Part shown: in pieces, positions 54,594-64,000 of the stretch
Layout of the letters: each line of letters opens with the position of its first letter
Numbering within the stretch: position 1 is the stretch's first letter
Assembly: GCA_963706955.1 (NCBI GenBank)
Contig: CAVPOC010000012.1
Coordinates: forward strand, 19,081-83,080
DNA from: an uncultured Verrucomicrobiae bacterium
GTDB lineage: Bacteria; Verrucomicrobiota; Verrucomicrobiia; Chthoniobacterales; Terrimicrobiaceae
Length of the DNA stretch: 64,000 bases
Reading direction: 5' to 3'
Program-made: the position numbers and the translations under genes
The notes under the pieces: model-generated
Database searches by the model: none
Told to the model about the DNA's origin: nothing
Seen by the model: the letters and a program-made list of their open reading frames with translations, nothing else

Positions 54594-55445
54594 TCACTGC
54601 CTCGGCAAGTCACTTGTCGGCGGCAATAGGTCGATGAGCTCGTCCGTTGCGGGATACTGTTCAAGACTGGCTAAAACAGGTGCCATATCGCACCGCCGAA
54701 AAGTCTCCCCATAGACCCGGTAAATAGCTTCGACAATCCGAAGGACCTCGGCGCCGGAGATCGTCGGCTCGCTTTCTCGCCCGACACGACGAACTATCAA
54801 GCTAAGCGATAGAGGTCTGGCGCCCCCCGTCAGATCGATTTCATCCGGCTCGCGAAAATCGGGTTGCAGGTAGCGAACTCTGCGGGGATCGATGAGAAGA
54901 TAGCCGGCTTTCTCATAGGCCTTCAAACGCGCATAGCTCGCCGGGTCGGCCGGGTCGAGGGCCTTCATCTCTCCGACAAGGATGATCGGCGACGCCGAGG
55001 AACGTCCCTGCTCCGCTAAGCAATTGCGGGCAGACTGGATCGGTAGGGCGCGCAGCCAACCCGCGAGGCCACTCCGCCGCCATTCCGGGGCAATGAAGTT
55101 GTGAGAAAGATGGACGATGGCCTCTTCCTGGCCGCCGCGCACAATCGCGGTGTGATCACGAACAGCGGCCAGCTTTCCGTGAGACTTCAGAAGCACCAGT
55201 CGGTAACGCAAGGCGTAGCCTTCAACGAGTTTGTCGCCATTCCAGCGGAGACGACGCGAAAGCACCGTCGGCTGCTCGACTTCGCTCCTGGCGCCGAACT
55301 CCGCCCAGAGCGCGCCAAATGCGAGGTCGAATTCAGGGTCGTCGGTAGAATGAATTCGATGCAGCTCCATACTCGACCAATCGCCCTCCAAGCTCTTCAC
55401 GTCACCGGGGGCGAGGTCGGAGGGAATCATCCAGTCGGGCAGCAT
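54594..55445 (-). CDS. Hypothetical protein with GNAT-like fold
   Basis: HLSHNFIAPEWRRSGLA (acetyl-CoA-binding RxxGxA), RLKAYEKAGY, YLQPD. Confidence 0.65.
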   Translation of the reverse strand: MLPDWMIPSDLAPGDVKSLEGDWSSMELHRIHSTDDPEFDLAFGALWAEFGARSEVEQPTVLSRRLRWNGDKLVEGYALRYRLVLLKSHGKLAAVRDHTAIVRGGQEEAIVHLSHNFIAPEWRRSGLAGWLRALPIQSARNCLAEQGRSSASPIILVGEMKALDPADPASYARLKAYEKAGYLLIDPRRVRYLQPDFREPDEIDLTGGARPLSLSLIVRRVGRESEPTISGAEVLRIVEAIYRVYGETFRRCDMAPVLASLEQYPATDELIDLLPPTSDLPRQ

Positions 55446-55496
55446 TTACTCAGGCGAATTTAGAGCGCAAATACCTCACCCAAACGACGCTTGATC

Positions 55497-57516
55497 CTAA
55501 TCGAGACGCAAATCGCACGTGAAATCGCTTTTTCGGCCTCCTCGACACGGTCGCCCAGATAAGCTTCACGACGCTCGTGCCCGTTGCACGTCGAAACACC
55601 GATGTCGTTTGTGTTCAGCTCGAACTGTGCTGACGGGCGTCCGGACGCCCGGTCCAGCAAGGTAAGCAAGAGCGGAAGCTGCGTCGGGATGCCCGGATGC
55701 ATGGAGGGATAGAGATTTGTCCTGCGATAGCGAAGGCCGGAAAGGAATACGTCACCAGCTCTCCGCAGCTCGAGAGCGCGACCGTTTACATATAGTCGGT
55801 AGGCCGAGTGAAATTGCAGGATTGCTGCAAAATTCCAGACGCTGCATCGAGGTATCAACGAAACGGCTCGTCGTTCCGCCTTCCACCGGAGTTTCGCAAA
55901 GCAGCGGCCAGCTTTCCAGCGCTCGGCGGACTGTGAGTCGAGCGTCGCCTTTTCTCCAAAGTAACAAAGTCGGAAATCGCCAGTTCCAGATTTCTCGGTA
56001 GATCCGCCGGTTCAGGACTACGCCAGCCGCTTCGAGCTCGGTGAAAACAGATTCGAGGTCACTCCAAAGGCGTTCCGGAAGCAAGTATTCGTCATGTAAT
56101 CTGGTGCCAAATCGCTTCAGGCCACGCGGCGTCTTCGCCTCCAGAAGATGGGCTGCCAGGCAGGTCCAGAGCAGGGCCACGCTCGACATCCATTCCGCAC
56201 GGGGAAGAGATTCAATCGCCCGGAACTCAACCAGACCGAGAGCGCCAGAGGGCCAGGAGGTGTTCCAAAATTTGTCGAAGCTCATCTCGCTGCGATGCGA
56301 GTTGCCAGTGACGTCGGTTTGCAGGTGCCGCAGCGTCTCGTTGATAAGCTCTCGATGATCGCCTTCGGGAAGTGATTCGAGAAATGTATACGCCATTTCG
56401 ACATCGTAGAGGTCGCGGGCAGACTCATCCGGCCGCGGCGCCTGCGACGATGCCCCGACATAGCACCCAGTGAATAGATATGCCAGGGACGGATGGTGTT
56501 GCCAAAAACGAAGGATGGCTGCCAGCCATGCCGGGCGGCCGAAGAACGGATTCACCTCCAACCTCGGCCCACCCCAAAGAAGATGGTTGCCGCCGCCAGT
56601 CCCTTGCGGGAAGTCCCAAGCCGACTCCTTCCACGATCTCAGGCCGGCGGCTTCGCAGCTTGCCGTCACCGTTTCGATCCATTCCGCATATTCGTGCCAA
56701 CTGGAGCATGCGGGAAGATTGATCTCGAGCACGCCGGGATCGGCCGCCAACCCCAGCGTGATCCACTTGCCGGCTTGATCCTCGGGCGTGTAACCCTGCA
56801 GCAAGATTTGGCGAGTCCCGATCGTCACTCGCAGATCCCTCAATGGCGGCAAGCAACTCCAGGAATGGCTCTTGGAGAAGTGGCGGAATAAAGATGGCCA
56901 TCGTCTCCCCGCTTCTTTCGATAGACATGGCTCTTCGCGGCACCGATGGCGGCAATCGATCAAGCGGGAGTCGCAGCCCCACCGAACCGTCCGCTTTCGA
57001 CAAGACCCGGTCATCCTTGCTGAGGCTCCAACGCGCGGAGCGCCAGCCGGCATCATCATGGTCGATGGGGATGGCCAGGATCTCTGCGCCGGGATTATTC
57101 GGATCGACAAAACGGCGCCAGTGAGAAGCAATTCGCAGATGCCGACAGATATTGTGGGCCAAGTCGCCGAGAGCATGTGGCGAAAGCGCTCCTGATTGCT
57201 TAGGGAGTTGAAAGAGAGGCGAGCGATCCCGGTTGGCTAAAATTCGGACGACCCAGCGAGGATTGACCTCTCCCGGATAGGACTTGCCAGGACAAAAAAA
57301 TGCAGCAGAACCAGCCATCTGATTACCAAGAAGATGGTCGGCGACCTTCCAAGCATACCCCAGCTTGGTGGGCCCCACCGCTGCGTAGGTCCATTCGGGC
57401 CCTTCCGGATTGGGCGGGACATACGTCGGTTCACCGCCAAGGGTAAGCTGCACGCCATGCTTGCGAAAGATTGTCTCCGCGCGAGAAGCAGCCTGATCCA
57501 TCCACCGCGCGATCAT
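55497..57516 (-). pseudogene. DUF2126-type amidoligase (COOH-NH2 ligase-like), split by about four +1 frameshifts
   Basis: LTLGGEPTYV (ORF 56425-57516); DPGVLEINLP, GTGGGNH, SQAPRPDE, DVTGNSHRSE, LGLVEFRA (55752-57176); LRYRR..LYPSMHPGI (55460-55858); final frame ends FTCDLRLD* at 55497. Confidence 0.8.
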
Positions 57517-57517
57517 C

Positions 57518-58366
57518 TTACAATAGGACGATGTCTAACGAGGTGGTCAGAACACTGTCGATGGTCTCCTTCCCGTAATAATGGCCGACTATCGGAGCAA
57601 CGTCGTCGGCGCTTAGACCCACAGCCGTCGCCACAAAATGATCTTCGCACAACATTCCGTTGGTTGGGTCGAGTCCGACCCATCCCGCCCCTGGCAGATA
57701 AGTCTCGACCCAGGCGTGAAAAGCGTTCTGCGCGTGTTCCGGGCCGGCTCCCGACTTATCCTCCCACAAATACCCACTCGCTAATCGCACAGCCAAACCG
57801 TGGGTTTTCAAGACCTCGGCGAAAAGCACTGCAAAATCCCGGCAGGAGCCTTTTTGCCTCTCCAGCGTGGTTCTTGGCGGAAAGGCATCTCCTTCTTCTC
57901 GTCGCTCGTATTCGATGTTCTCATGCAACCAGCTGTTCATGGCGACGATCGCTTCGACGGTCGGGCGCGGAGACGCGGGAGTGAGGGCTGCCGGCAGTGC
58001 ACCCGTCTTGAATCGTTTTCGCCGAAACGGCGCCAGGACAGCCGCTTCGTCAGGACGGTATTCAAACGGCAATTTCAAGGCGTGGGAGTCCAAAAGAAAT
58101 TTGAAAGGATCCCACGCCTGAACCGAGGCATCGAATTCCAGCTTGAATTCCAGGACATCCAGTGGATTCGGATAGAGACAGGTGGCCGTCAAGTTGTCGA
58201 ACAAGTCGTGTCGGTATTGGACGTCTGCCGAAGGGTGGGTCGAAAAGGCGATCCTCTCGATGTTGATGAACAGCTCATGGCGGGGGAAGAGTCGGACGCG
58301 ATGGGGCGAAAAACTTGCCTCGCGGGCATAGTCAAACTGAGCCGAGTAGCGGACAGAGATTCTCAC
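57518..58366 (-). CDS. Transglutaminase-like protein
   Basis: GTG 58366 overlaps upstream TGA; GSCRDFA, RLASGYL, HAWVETYLPGAGWVGLDPTN. Confidence 0.88.
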   Translation of the reverse strand: MRISVRYSAQFDYAREASFSPHRVRLFPRHELFINIERIAFSTHPSADVQYRHDLFDNLTATCLYPNPLDVLEFKLEFDASVQAWDPFKFLLDSHALKLPFEYRPDEAAVLAPFRRKRFKTGALPAALTPASPRPTVEAIVAMNSWLHENIEYERREEGDAFPPRTTLERQKGSCRDFAVLFAEVLKTHGLAVRLASGYLWEDKSGAGPEHAQNAFHAWVETYLPGAGWVGLDPTNGMLCEDHFVATAVGLSADDVAPIVGHYYGKETIDSVLTTSLDIVLL

Positions 58367-59240
58367 GCTTTGTCGTTCATTCTTTTCATTAGGACACGAA
58401 CTTTCATTCTTTGGTCTCCAGAGCCCTTGAAGGTCCCACGCACGGGAGTCGCATCGACCGAATCGCGCCCATAGGCAATGGTAACGTGTCGCGGACCACA
58501 CCACTGATCATTGGTTGGATCAAGGCCAGCCACTTCATGCCGGGCGCCAGCGCTTCCACCCAAGCATGCGTTGCCAGCGATCCAATCAGCCTGGTTCGAC
58601 GTTCGGCCGGCTGTATTGGATCGGATTCAATATACCCGCAAACATAGCGCGAAGGTATTCCTGCGGTGCGAAGCACCCCCAGCATGACATGGGTGAAATC
58701 CTGGCAGACTCCCGCGCGTTGCTTCCAGACGGTTTCGAGTGGCGTCGAATTATTCGTGGATCCCGGCTCGTAGCGAAACTTCTCGTGAATCGCGCGATTG
58801 AGCCGCTCCAGCGCTTCGCCCAACGGAGCCCCGCCGGTAAAGAACTTTCGCGCCCAGTCGATCGATGGCGTTCCGATCGGCACGGCGGCGGTCGGCTGCA
58901 GATAGTCGAAGACATCTGTAAACCTGGAAGCGAAAAGTTGCCGCGCCTCGGCGATGGTGACATCCAGAGCGCCTGAAGACGGTGAAGTCTCCTTCGTTCG
59001 GACCGTTAGCTTATTGACGATGGTAAGTCGCTCATGACGCAGCGTCATGGAATAGAAGGTCACCTCATTTCCAAAGTAGTCGTGATAGGTGGAAACGCCG
59101 GTGGGCGGATGAAAATCGATTGCGTGGGAGAGTATTTCCTGGCTCGGAAGGGCAGGCGGAGTCAGACGCGCCTCGATGTAGGCTTCCCGCGCTGGCTGAC
59201 CGTAGCGATAGTCCGTGCGATGGGTAATCTCAAAGAGCAT
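58363..59240 (-). pseudogene. Transglutaminase-like protein with one frameshift near 58525
   Basis: MLFEITHRTDYRY, GVCQDFTH, RYVCGYI, HAWVE; LDPTN..HVTIAYGRD..PVRG continues in -1 frame and ends at 58363. Confidence 0.82.
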
Positions 59241-60279
59241 GCTTGAAACCAAAAAGTGTCGGCTGAATGTCCGGACCCATGTGAATTTGATGATTTAAGA
59301 ACCCGTCGGCGATGAGGTGGTGAATTTCCAATGTCGCATCCAGCAAGGCGAACCCATGATCGAGCAAAGTGGTGGCTTTCGGTGAGAGCGCCGATTCTGC
59401 TTCTTTCAAGAGCTTCTCCCAATCCGTCAAGCGAATCTCGTGAAGGAGCTGTTCGATACCGGCGAGCGTTCGCATCGTTGCCGCGGTGGCTTGCTCACCC
59501 GTCCCCCGCAAGCGCTCGCGGCAGGCCTCCAGGCACCGAGTGATTGATCGTGGAGCGACAGGATTTTTCCACAACAGATCAAGCATTGGTGCGGCTTCAA
59601 TACGGAGTTGGTAGACGCGGCGATAAACATCGCGACTGTTGATCAGACGCAGAAATGCCGAGAGCCGGATCTCGGCCTCATGCTCAGGCGGCGCGTTTCG
59701 CCGCGGCATTGGGCGCATGATTGAGCAGACGGCGTTTCCGGTGATAATCGCCCGCTCCAAGAGCTGACCGATTTCACAAAACGCCCAACCGCCATCCGCA
59801 ATCATCGTGCCCTGAGCCGTGCCAAAAAACTCCGGAACTGCTTTGACGACCGAGTCGCAATATCGCCGGGTGAAGGATGTCAGGTCCTCCTGGGAGGCTT
59901 GCGGACGAAAGCGGGCGCGCTGAAAGCGAGATCGCAGGGTGCTGAGCACGCTCCAAGCTTCCAGACTCAAGCATTCCAAGATCGATTCTGAATTCGCCGC
60001 CGCCCGCAGGATCGCTCGCACGACCGAGTCGGGTTCTTCCAGATCGAGCGTCAGCCGGTATCTGCCGGCGGGACTTGAAATATTGCGCCGAGAAACGGAT
60101 CCTGGATTTTCTAGGGGAGGAAGGATCCTGTCCCAGACAGGACGGTAGAGCGTCCGTTCGATCGGGTTCAGCTCCTCGAGTTCGAGCGATTCAATGACGC
60201 CAATCATGACTGCTAAATTGTGCGCTCGCTCAAGATATCGGCCGGTCCAATAAAAAGCCTCCGCCACGCGACTACTCAC
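59230..60279 (-). CDS. Alpha-E domain protein (DUF403)
   Basis: SRVAEAFYWTGRYLERA and second ER motif GQLLERA; GTG 60279 start, or fused to the upstream gene. Confidence 0.85.
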   Translation of the reverse strand: MSSRVAEAFYWTGRYLERAHNLAVMIGVIESLELEELNPIERTLYRPVWDRILPPLENPGSVSRRNISSPAGRYRLTLDLEEPDSVVRAILRAAANSESILECLSLEAWSVLSTLRSRFQRARFRPQASQEDLTSFTRRYCDSVVKAVPEFFGTAQGTMIADGGWAFCEIGQLLERAIITGNAVCSIMRPMPRRNAPPEHEAEIRLSAFLRLINSRDVYRRVYQLRIEAAPMLDLLWKNPVAPRSITRCLEACRERLRGTGEQATAATMRTLAGIEQLLHEIRLTDWEKLLKEAESALSPKATTLLDHGFALLDATLEIHHLIADGFLNHQIHMGPDIQPTLFGFKHAL

Positions 60280-61777
60280 ATGCTGAGAAGGAAGCAAGAG
60301 CTTCGCGAAGACGTGTGCGATCTGAGGCGGGTTCCTCGAAGTCCGCCGGCACCTGCACCCAGGTATCCTTGCTTCCTCCACCCAGCTCGTTGGCCGTAAA
60401 GGGAGATTCTTTGGTGGAGACTCGAGTTAGGGCACCAGGGAAAGTGTCGTACTCCCCTTCTGATTTGCGCAGGGAAAAAAGAATGTGGTCCTGTCTGCGC
60501 GTTACTTTGCGTCCATCGTGATAGGAAACCGTCAAAGCATCACAATCCTGCGGCTGGGCAACATATTGACCCCCGTTGCGCAGCATCGTTTCTTTCGCGC
60601 TCGTAATTTCTTCCTCAGTCGGATGCCGACCATTGCCACCGAGCAGGATCTTTTCCCCGAAGAGCGGCCGGATGGTATATTTTTCGATCTCCGCGAGCAC
60701 CATCTCGCGCTGGTCAATATCCCCCAGCCAGTAGGTCGGCAAGGTGGGCAAGAGCGCACGCTCACCCAGGTAGAAGCGAATAATTTGCCCAGCAAACGGT
60801 AAGAGAGCTCGATCATCGGAGAGCTGCGAGCCAATGGCATTCACGACAGCCACCGTTCCCTTGCGAATGCAATGGACGAGCCCCGCGACGCCCAGAAGGG
60901 AATCACGCCGAAAGACCATCGGGTCGAGCCATTGGTCGGAGATGCGATTGTAAATGACCTCGACTTTCTCAAGGCCCCATACCGTCTTGAGAAAGACCGC
61001 ATCGTTCAAGACGAGCAGGTCGCCGCCCTGCACCAGCGGGATTCCCATTCTGCGCGCGAGAAAGCTATGCTCCGAATAGACCGCACTCCCTGGCCCGGAC
61101 GAAAGGAGCACCACCGTGGGATCAGGATGGTCCGACAGCGACCTCAGTAACTCCAGAAAATCGACAGGCGCATCTGCGATCGAACGAATCGAAAAATCCT
61201 GAAAGCTTTGTGGAATCACTCGCGCCAGCGCACGCCGATTTTGAATCATATACGAGATTCCCGAAGCGTTGCTGAAGTAGTGTTGCTTGACGGCAAACTT
61301 CCCACTCGGCACGCGGCACAAGCTTATCCCGCTCAGATGCAAGTAAGCATCACCCGCAGGTGTGAGGCTCGCCGCCGCCCGTTGGTACGCCGTGCTTCCA
61401 AGCACCGGCTGGATCGGAAGCAGATTGGCTTTGAGAATCTCCTTCTTCCCGTAGATGTCGCGTAAAAATAGCTCGAAGGCCTTCATGCGCTGGGAAATAC
61501 CTTTTTCCAAGGGATCCCATTCCTCCGGAGTAAAGATTTGCGGCAGGACATCACAGAACCAGGGGCGCCGTCCCCATGGCCTCTCCCGCGCGATGTCGAA
61601 AGTCACTCCCATTTCGCGCATTGTTGCCTCCAGCCGCTCATCCAAAGCCTGCACTTGCCGCCGCGGCAATGCATCCAACCGCTCAAACAAAGGCCGGTAG
61701 ACGTGGCGGGCTTCGCCGGAGGATTCGTGAGTCTCCCTCCAATGCAAGAACTGCCCCGTCTCTCCGTTACGCTGCAC
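60272..61777 (-). CDS. Circularly permuted type 2 ATP-grasp protein
   Basis: GVTF, EW..LEKGISQR, SGISY, AVYSEHSFLARRMG, DSLLGVAGL, GALTRV, GGGSKDTWV. Confidence 0.9.
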   Translation of the reverse strand: MQRNGETGQFLHWRETHESSGEARHVYRPLFERLDALPRRQVQALDERLEATMREMGVTFDIARERPWGRRPWFCDVLPQIFTPEEWDPLEKGISQRMKAFELFLRDIYGKKEILKANLLPIQPVLGSTAYQRAAASLTPAGDAYLHLSGISLCRVPSGKFAVKQHYFSNASGISYMIQNRRALARVIPQSFQDFSIRSIADAPVDFLELLRSLSDHPDPTVVLLSSGPGSAVYSEHSFLARRMGIPLVQGGDLLVLNDAVFLKTVWGLEKVEVIYNRISDQWLDPMVFRRDSLLGVAGLVHCIRKGTVAVVNAIGSQLSDDRALLPFAGQIIRFYLGERALLPTLPTYWLGDIDQREMVLAEIEKYTIRPLFGEKILLGGNGRHPTEEEITSAKETMLRNGGQYVAQPQDCDALTVSYHDGRKVTRRQDHILFSLRKSEGEYDTFPGALTRVSTKESPFTANELGGGSKDTWVQVPADFEEPASDRTRLREALASFSACE

Positions 61778-61852
61778 GGCGGCAGAGGCTTGGCGGATCG
61801 CTGTTATCGGTCAAGAATTTTTCGACCGCAGACGTCCTGATCCTGATTCGGT

Positions 61853-61881
61853 TTGACACAAGGTGCGAAGTAACACATCAT
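61853..61881 (+). promoter_or_regulatory. Putative sigma-70 promoter of rplM-rpsI
   Basis: TTGACA-17 nt-CATCAT, 23 nt before ATG. Confidence 0.55.
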
Positions 61882-61904
61882 GACCGATTCTTGCCAAGAC
61901 TCCA

Positions 61905-62327
61905 ATGAAGACTTTCTCAGCCAAGCGTGACGAGGTCCACCGCGACTGGTGGATTATCGATGCTGCCGACCAGCATCTCGGTCACGTCGCGGTGAAGGCC
62001 GCCGGTCTTCTTCGTGGCAAGGGCAAGATCATCTATACTCCACACGTCGACACGGGTGATTTCGTGATCGTCATCAATGCGGCTAAAGTCCGCGTCGGGG
62101 GCAAGAAGGACGTCCAGAAGTCGTATATGAGTTTCTCGGGGTATGTCGGCGGTCATAAGTCGGAGAGTTTCGCGGCGCGTCGTCAACGCCATCCTGAGCT
62201 TCTGGTTGAGCGAGCTGTTCGCGGGATGATTCCTCACAACCGCCTGGGGAGCTCCGTCTATCGCAAACTAAAGGTCTATCGCGGCGATCAACACCCGCAC
62301 GCCGCTCAGAATCCCAAACCTGCCTGA
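61905..62327 (+). CDS. rplM: 50S ribosomal protein L13
   Basis: WWIIDA, YTPHVDTGDFVIVINA, AVRGMIP, HPHAAQNP. Confidence 0.98.
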   Translation: MKTFSAKRDEVHRDWWIIDAADQHLGHVAVKAAGLLRGKGKIIYTPHVDTGDFVIVINAAKVRVGGKKDVQKSYMSFSGYVGGHKSESFAARRQRHPELLVERAVRGMIPHNRLGSSVYRKLKVYRGDQHPHAAQNPKPA

Positions 62328-62338
62328 TCTCTTCTTTC

Positions 62339-62725
62339 ATGTCTGACATCATCGCCACCGGCCGCCGCAAGACCTCCATCGCCCAGATACGCCTGCGCGA
62401 GGGGAGTGGAAGTTTCAAAATCAACGGCAAAGAGTTTACCGATTATTTTCCGAGCCTCTCGATGCAGAACACGATCCTGCGCCCTCTCGAAATTGCCAGC
62501 GCCGTGCACCGATTTGATATGGAGGCAAAAACCTCCGGCGGTGGAATTGCCGGACAGGCCGGTGCGCTGCGCCTTGCCATTAGCCGCGCCATCTTGCGGA
62601 ATGACGAGAATTTGCGCGGCTCCTTGCGCGAAGAGGGACTTCTTACGCGCGATCCGCGCATGAAGGAACGCAAGAAATCCGGTCAGCCTGGGGCTCGCAA
62701 GCGGTTTCAATTCTCCAAGCGTTAG
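62339..62725 (+). CDS. rpsI: 30S ribosomal protein S9
   Basis: TGRRKTS, GGGIAGQAGA, LTRDPRMKERKK, FQFSKR. Confidence 0.98.
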   Translation: MSDIIATGRRKTSIAQIRLREGSGSFKINGKEFTDYFPSLSMQNTILRPLEIASAVHRFDMEAKTSGGGIAGQAGALRLAISRAILRNDENLRGSLREEGLLTRDPRMKERKKSGQPGARKRFQFSKR

Positions 62726-62740
62726 GCGCCCGCGTCTTCC

Positions 62741-63376
62741 ATGGCGCTCCCGCTTTTTAAGGACGCCCGCTGGATTTTCATCGGTGACAGCATTACCGAT
62801 GCCGGCCGTGGGCAGTGCCCCGAAGCCGTTGGGACCGGTTACGTCAGAGACATTCGAGACTGGCTGCGCGCCTCTATGCCAGCGCGCGCTCCGCAGATCC
62901 TCAACAAGGGCATTTCGGGCAACACGATCCAGGATCTTCGCCGACGCTGGAAGTCGGACGTTTTGGCCCATGAGCCGCAACTCGTTTCCATCAAGATCGG
63001 AATTAACGACGTCTGGCATGGGCTCGGCGAGGCCGGCGGTGGAACCTCGATTGAAAAATTCAGCGAGACTTACGTGGAGATTTTGGAACGACTCCGCGAT
63101 GCGCTTCCGGAGGTGGCCATGGTCCTTTGCGAACCGACGGTGATTTGGCCTCCGGGGCCTGCACAAGGCAACACAGCGCTTGCGCCCTACGTGACGGTTG
63201 TCCGCGAGATCGGCGTGAAATTCCAAGCCCGAGCTGTGGTGCCCCTTCATGATGCCTTTAACAAGGCCGGGTTAGAGCGACCGGATATTGAATGGGCGCC
63301 TGACGGTGTGCACCCTTCCTCATCCGGACACATGCTCATCGCCCGGAGTTGGCTCGCGAGCTTGGGCCTGCTATAG
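62741..63376 (+). CDS. SGNH/GDSL hydrolase
   Basis: FIGDSITD, NKGISG, IGINDVW, DGVHP. Confidence 0.92.
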   Translation: MALPLFKDARWIFIGDSITDAGRGQCPEAVGTGYVRDIRDWLRASMPARAPQILNKGISGNTIQDLRRRWKSDVLAHEPQLVSIKIGINDVWHGLGEAGGGTSIEKFSETYVEILERLRDALPEVAMVLCEPTVIWPPGPAQGNTALAPYVTVVREIGVKFQARAVVPLHDAFNKAGLERPDIEWAPDGVHPSSSGHMLIARSWLASLGLL

Positions 63377-63384
63377 GAAATCCT

Positions 63385-63903
63385 ATGGTCTTTTCTCGTT
63401 CCTTGGTCGTGTTCATGGTCTTTGCGGCCGTGGCCACCGCGGCGGGCCCGGTTGAGTTTACTGTCGGCAGCTTCACTTTTGCGCGGCCGGAGAGCTGGGA
63501 ATGGGTTGCGCCGACTTCGCCGATGCGAAAAGCACAGCTCTCGGTCCCTGGGAAGTCCGGCGTGCCGTCCGCCGAGGTGACCTTCTTTCACTTTGGAGCA
63601 GGGCAGGGGGGCAGCGTCCAAGCAAACGTCGATCGGTGGTTTAAGCAATTCTCCGATGGCTATACAGACGCCAAGAGCGAACAGGCCGGTAGCACGACCA
63701 TCACTTTCGTGAAGGCGGAGGGGACGTTCGCAAGTGGGATGCCCGGTGGCCCAACGGCCCCGATGAAAGACTATGCCATGCGGGGCGCCATTCTCGAGAG
63801 CTCCTCGGGCGACGTTTATGTGAAGATGACCGGTCCCAAAGACGTCGTCAAAGGCGCCGCACCCGCTCTTGAAAAAATGGTTCGCGAGGCCGCCGCCCGC
63901 TAG
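63385..63903 (+). CDS. Exported hypothetical protein
   Basis: Signal peptide; SPMRKAQ, GGSVQANVDRWFKQF, VKMTGP. Confidence 0.75.
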   Translation: MVFSRSLVVFMVFAAVATAAGPVEFTVGSFTFARPESWEWVAPTSPMRKAQLSVPGKSGVPSAEVTFFHFGAGQGGSVQANVDRWFKQFSDGYTDAKSEQAGSTTITFVKAEGTFASGMPGGPTAPMKDYAMRGAILESSSGDVYVKMTGPKDVVKGAAPALEKMVREAAAR

Positions 63904-63956
63904 AATCTCATTGCGCCGGCGAACGTTTTCACATTCTCTTAACGCGTCCTGCGTAC

Positions 63957-64000
63957 GCCAGCGTAGCACAGAGGTAGTGCAATCGATTCGTAATCGATAG
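63957..64000 (+). tRNA. tRNA-Thr(CGU), 3'-truncated by window end
   Basis: GCCAGCG-TA-GCAC-AGAGGTA-GTGC-A-ATCGA-TTCGTAA-TCGAT-AG: acceptor 5' strand, D arm and anticodon arm. Confidence 0.88.

Noticed and set aside
54361..54594. SRP RNA or tmRNA
   Set aside because: No SRP domain IV (GGAA loop followed by GCAG) and no tRNA-like ends; kept only as an unassigned structured element
62306..63969. Long minus-strand ORFs (314 aa and 240 aa)
   Set aside because: Shadow ORFs antisense to rpsI, the SGNH gene and the exported protein; expected in high-GC DNA

Overview
High-GC bacterial chromosomal window, mostly housekeeping. Gene content (futalosine mqnEA, stand-alone 89-aa rpsN, orphan nuoD, DUF2723/GT-C genes) suggests a soil Verrucomicrobiota genome; this is an inference, not tested. 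Contents in order: 3' part of treY; a 273-bp MITE with 30-bp TIRs and a CTAA duplication; small stress/membrane proteins; two ECF sigma factors, one in a sigma/anti-sigma/HtrA-like operon; panE; ndh divergent from nuoD; uvrB-holA then nrdR-orf-HIT; mqnEA; hemW; a squalene-synthase-like gene; a 1149-aa NRPS-like protein; ilvD; tRNA-Lys; speA-gcvTHP; an 11-kb lipid-carrier glycosylation locus; miaB-ogg-tonB-exbBD-def; aguA; rpsN; a circularly permuted ATP-grasp/alpha-E/transglutaminase/DUF2126/GNAT operon; rplM-rpsI; and a tRNA-Thr cut by the window end. Most notable: (1) an intact C-A-TE NRPS-like ORF with all checked catalytic motifs replaced and no carrier domain; (2) an HtrA-like protein lacking all three triad residues in an ECF operon; (3) a degenerate ATP-cone protein coupled to nrdR behind an NrdR box; (4) a YfhO-like GT-C/polyprenol-P-mannose synthase fusion next to a TMEM260-like protein; (5) a putative peptide-ligation/tagging operon; (6) two structured non-coding elements. 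Several single-base frameshifts may be assembly errors. All family calls come from motif recognition by eye, with no database search.
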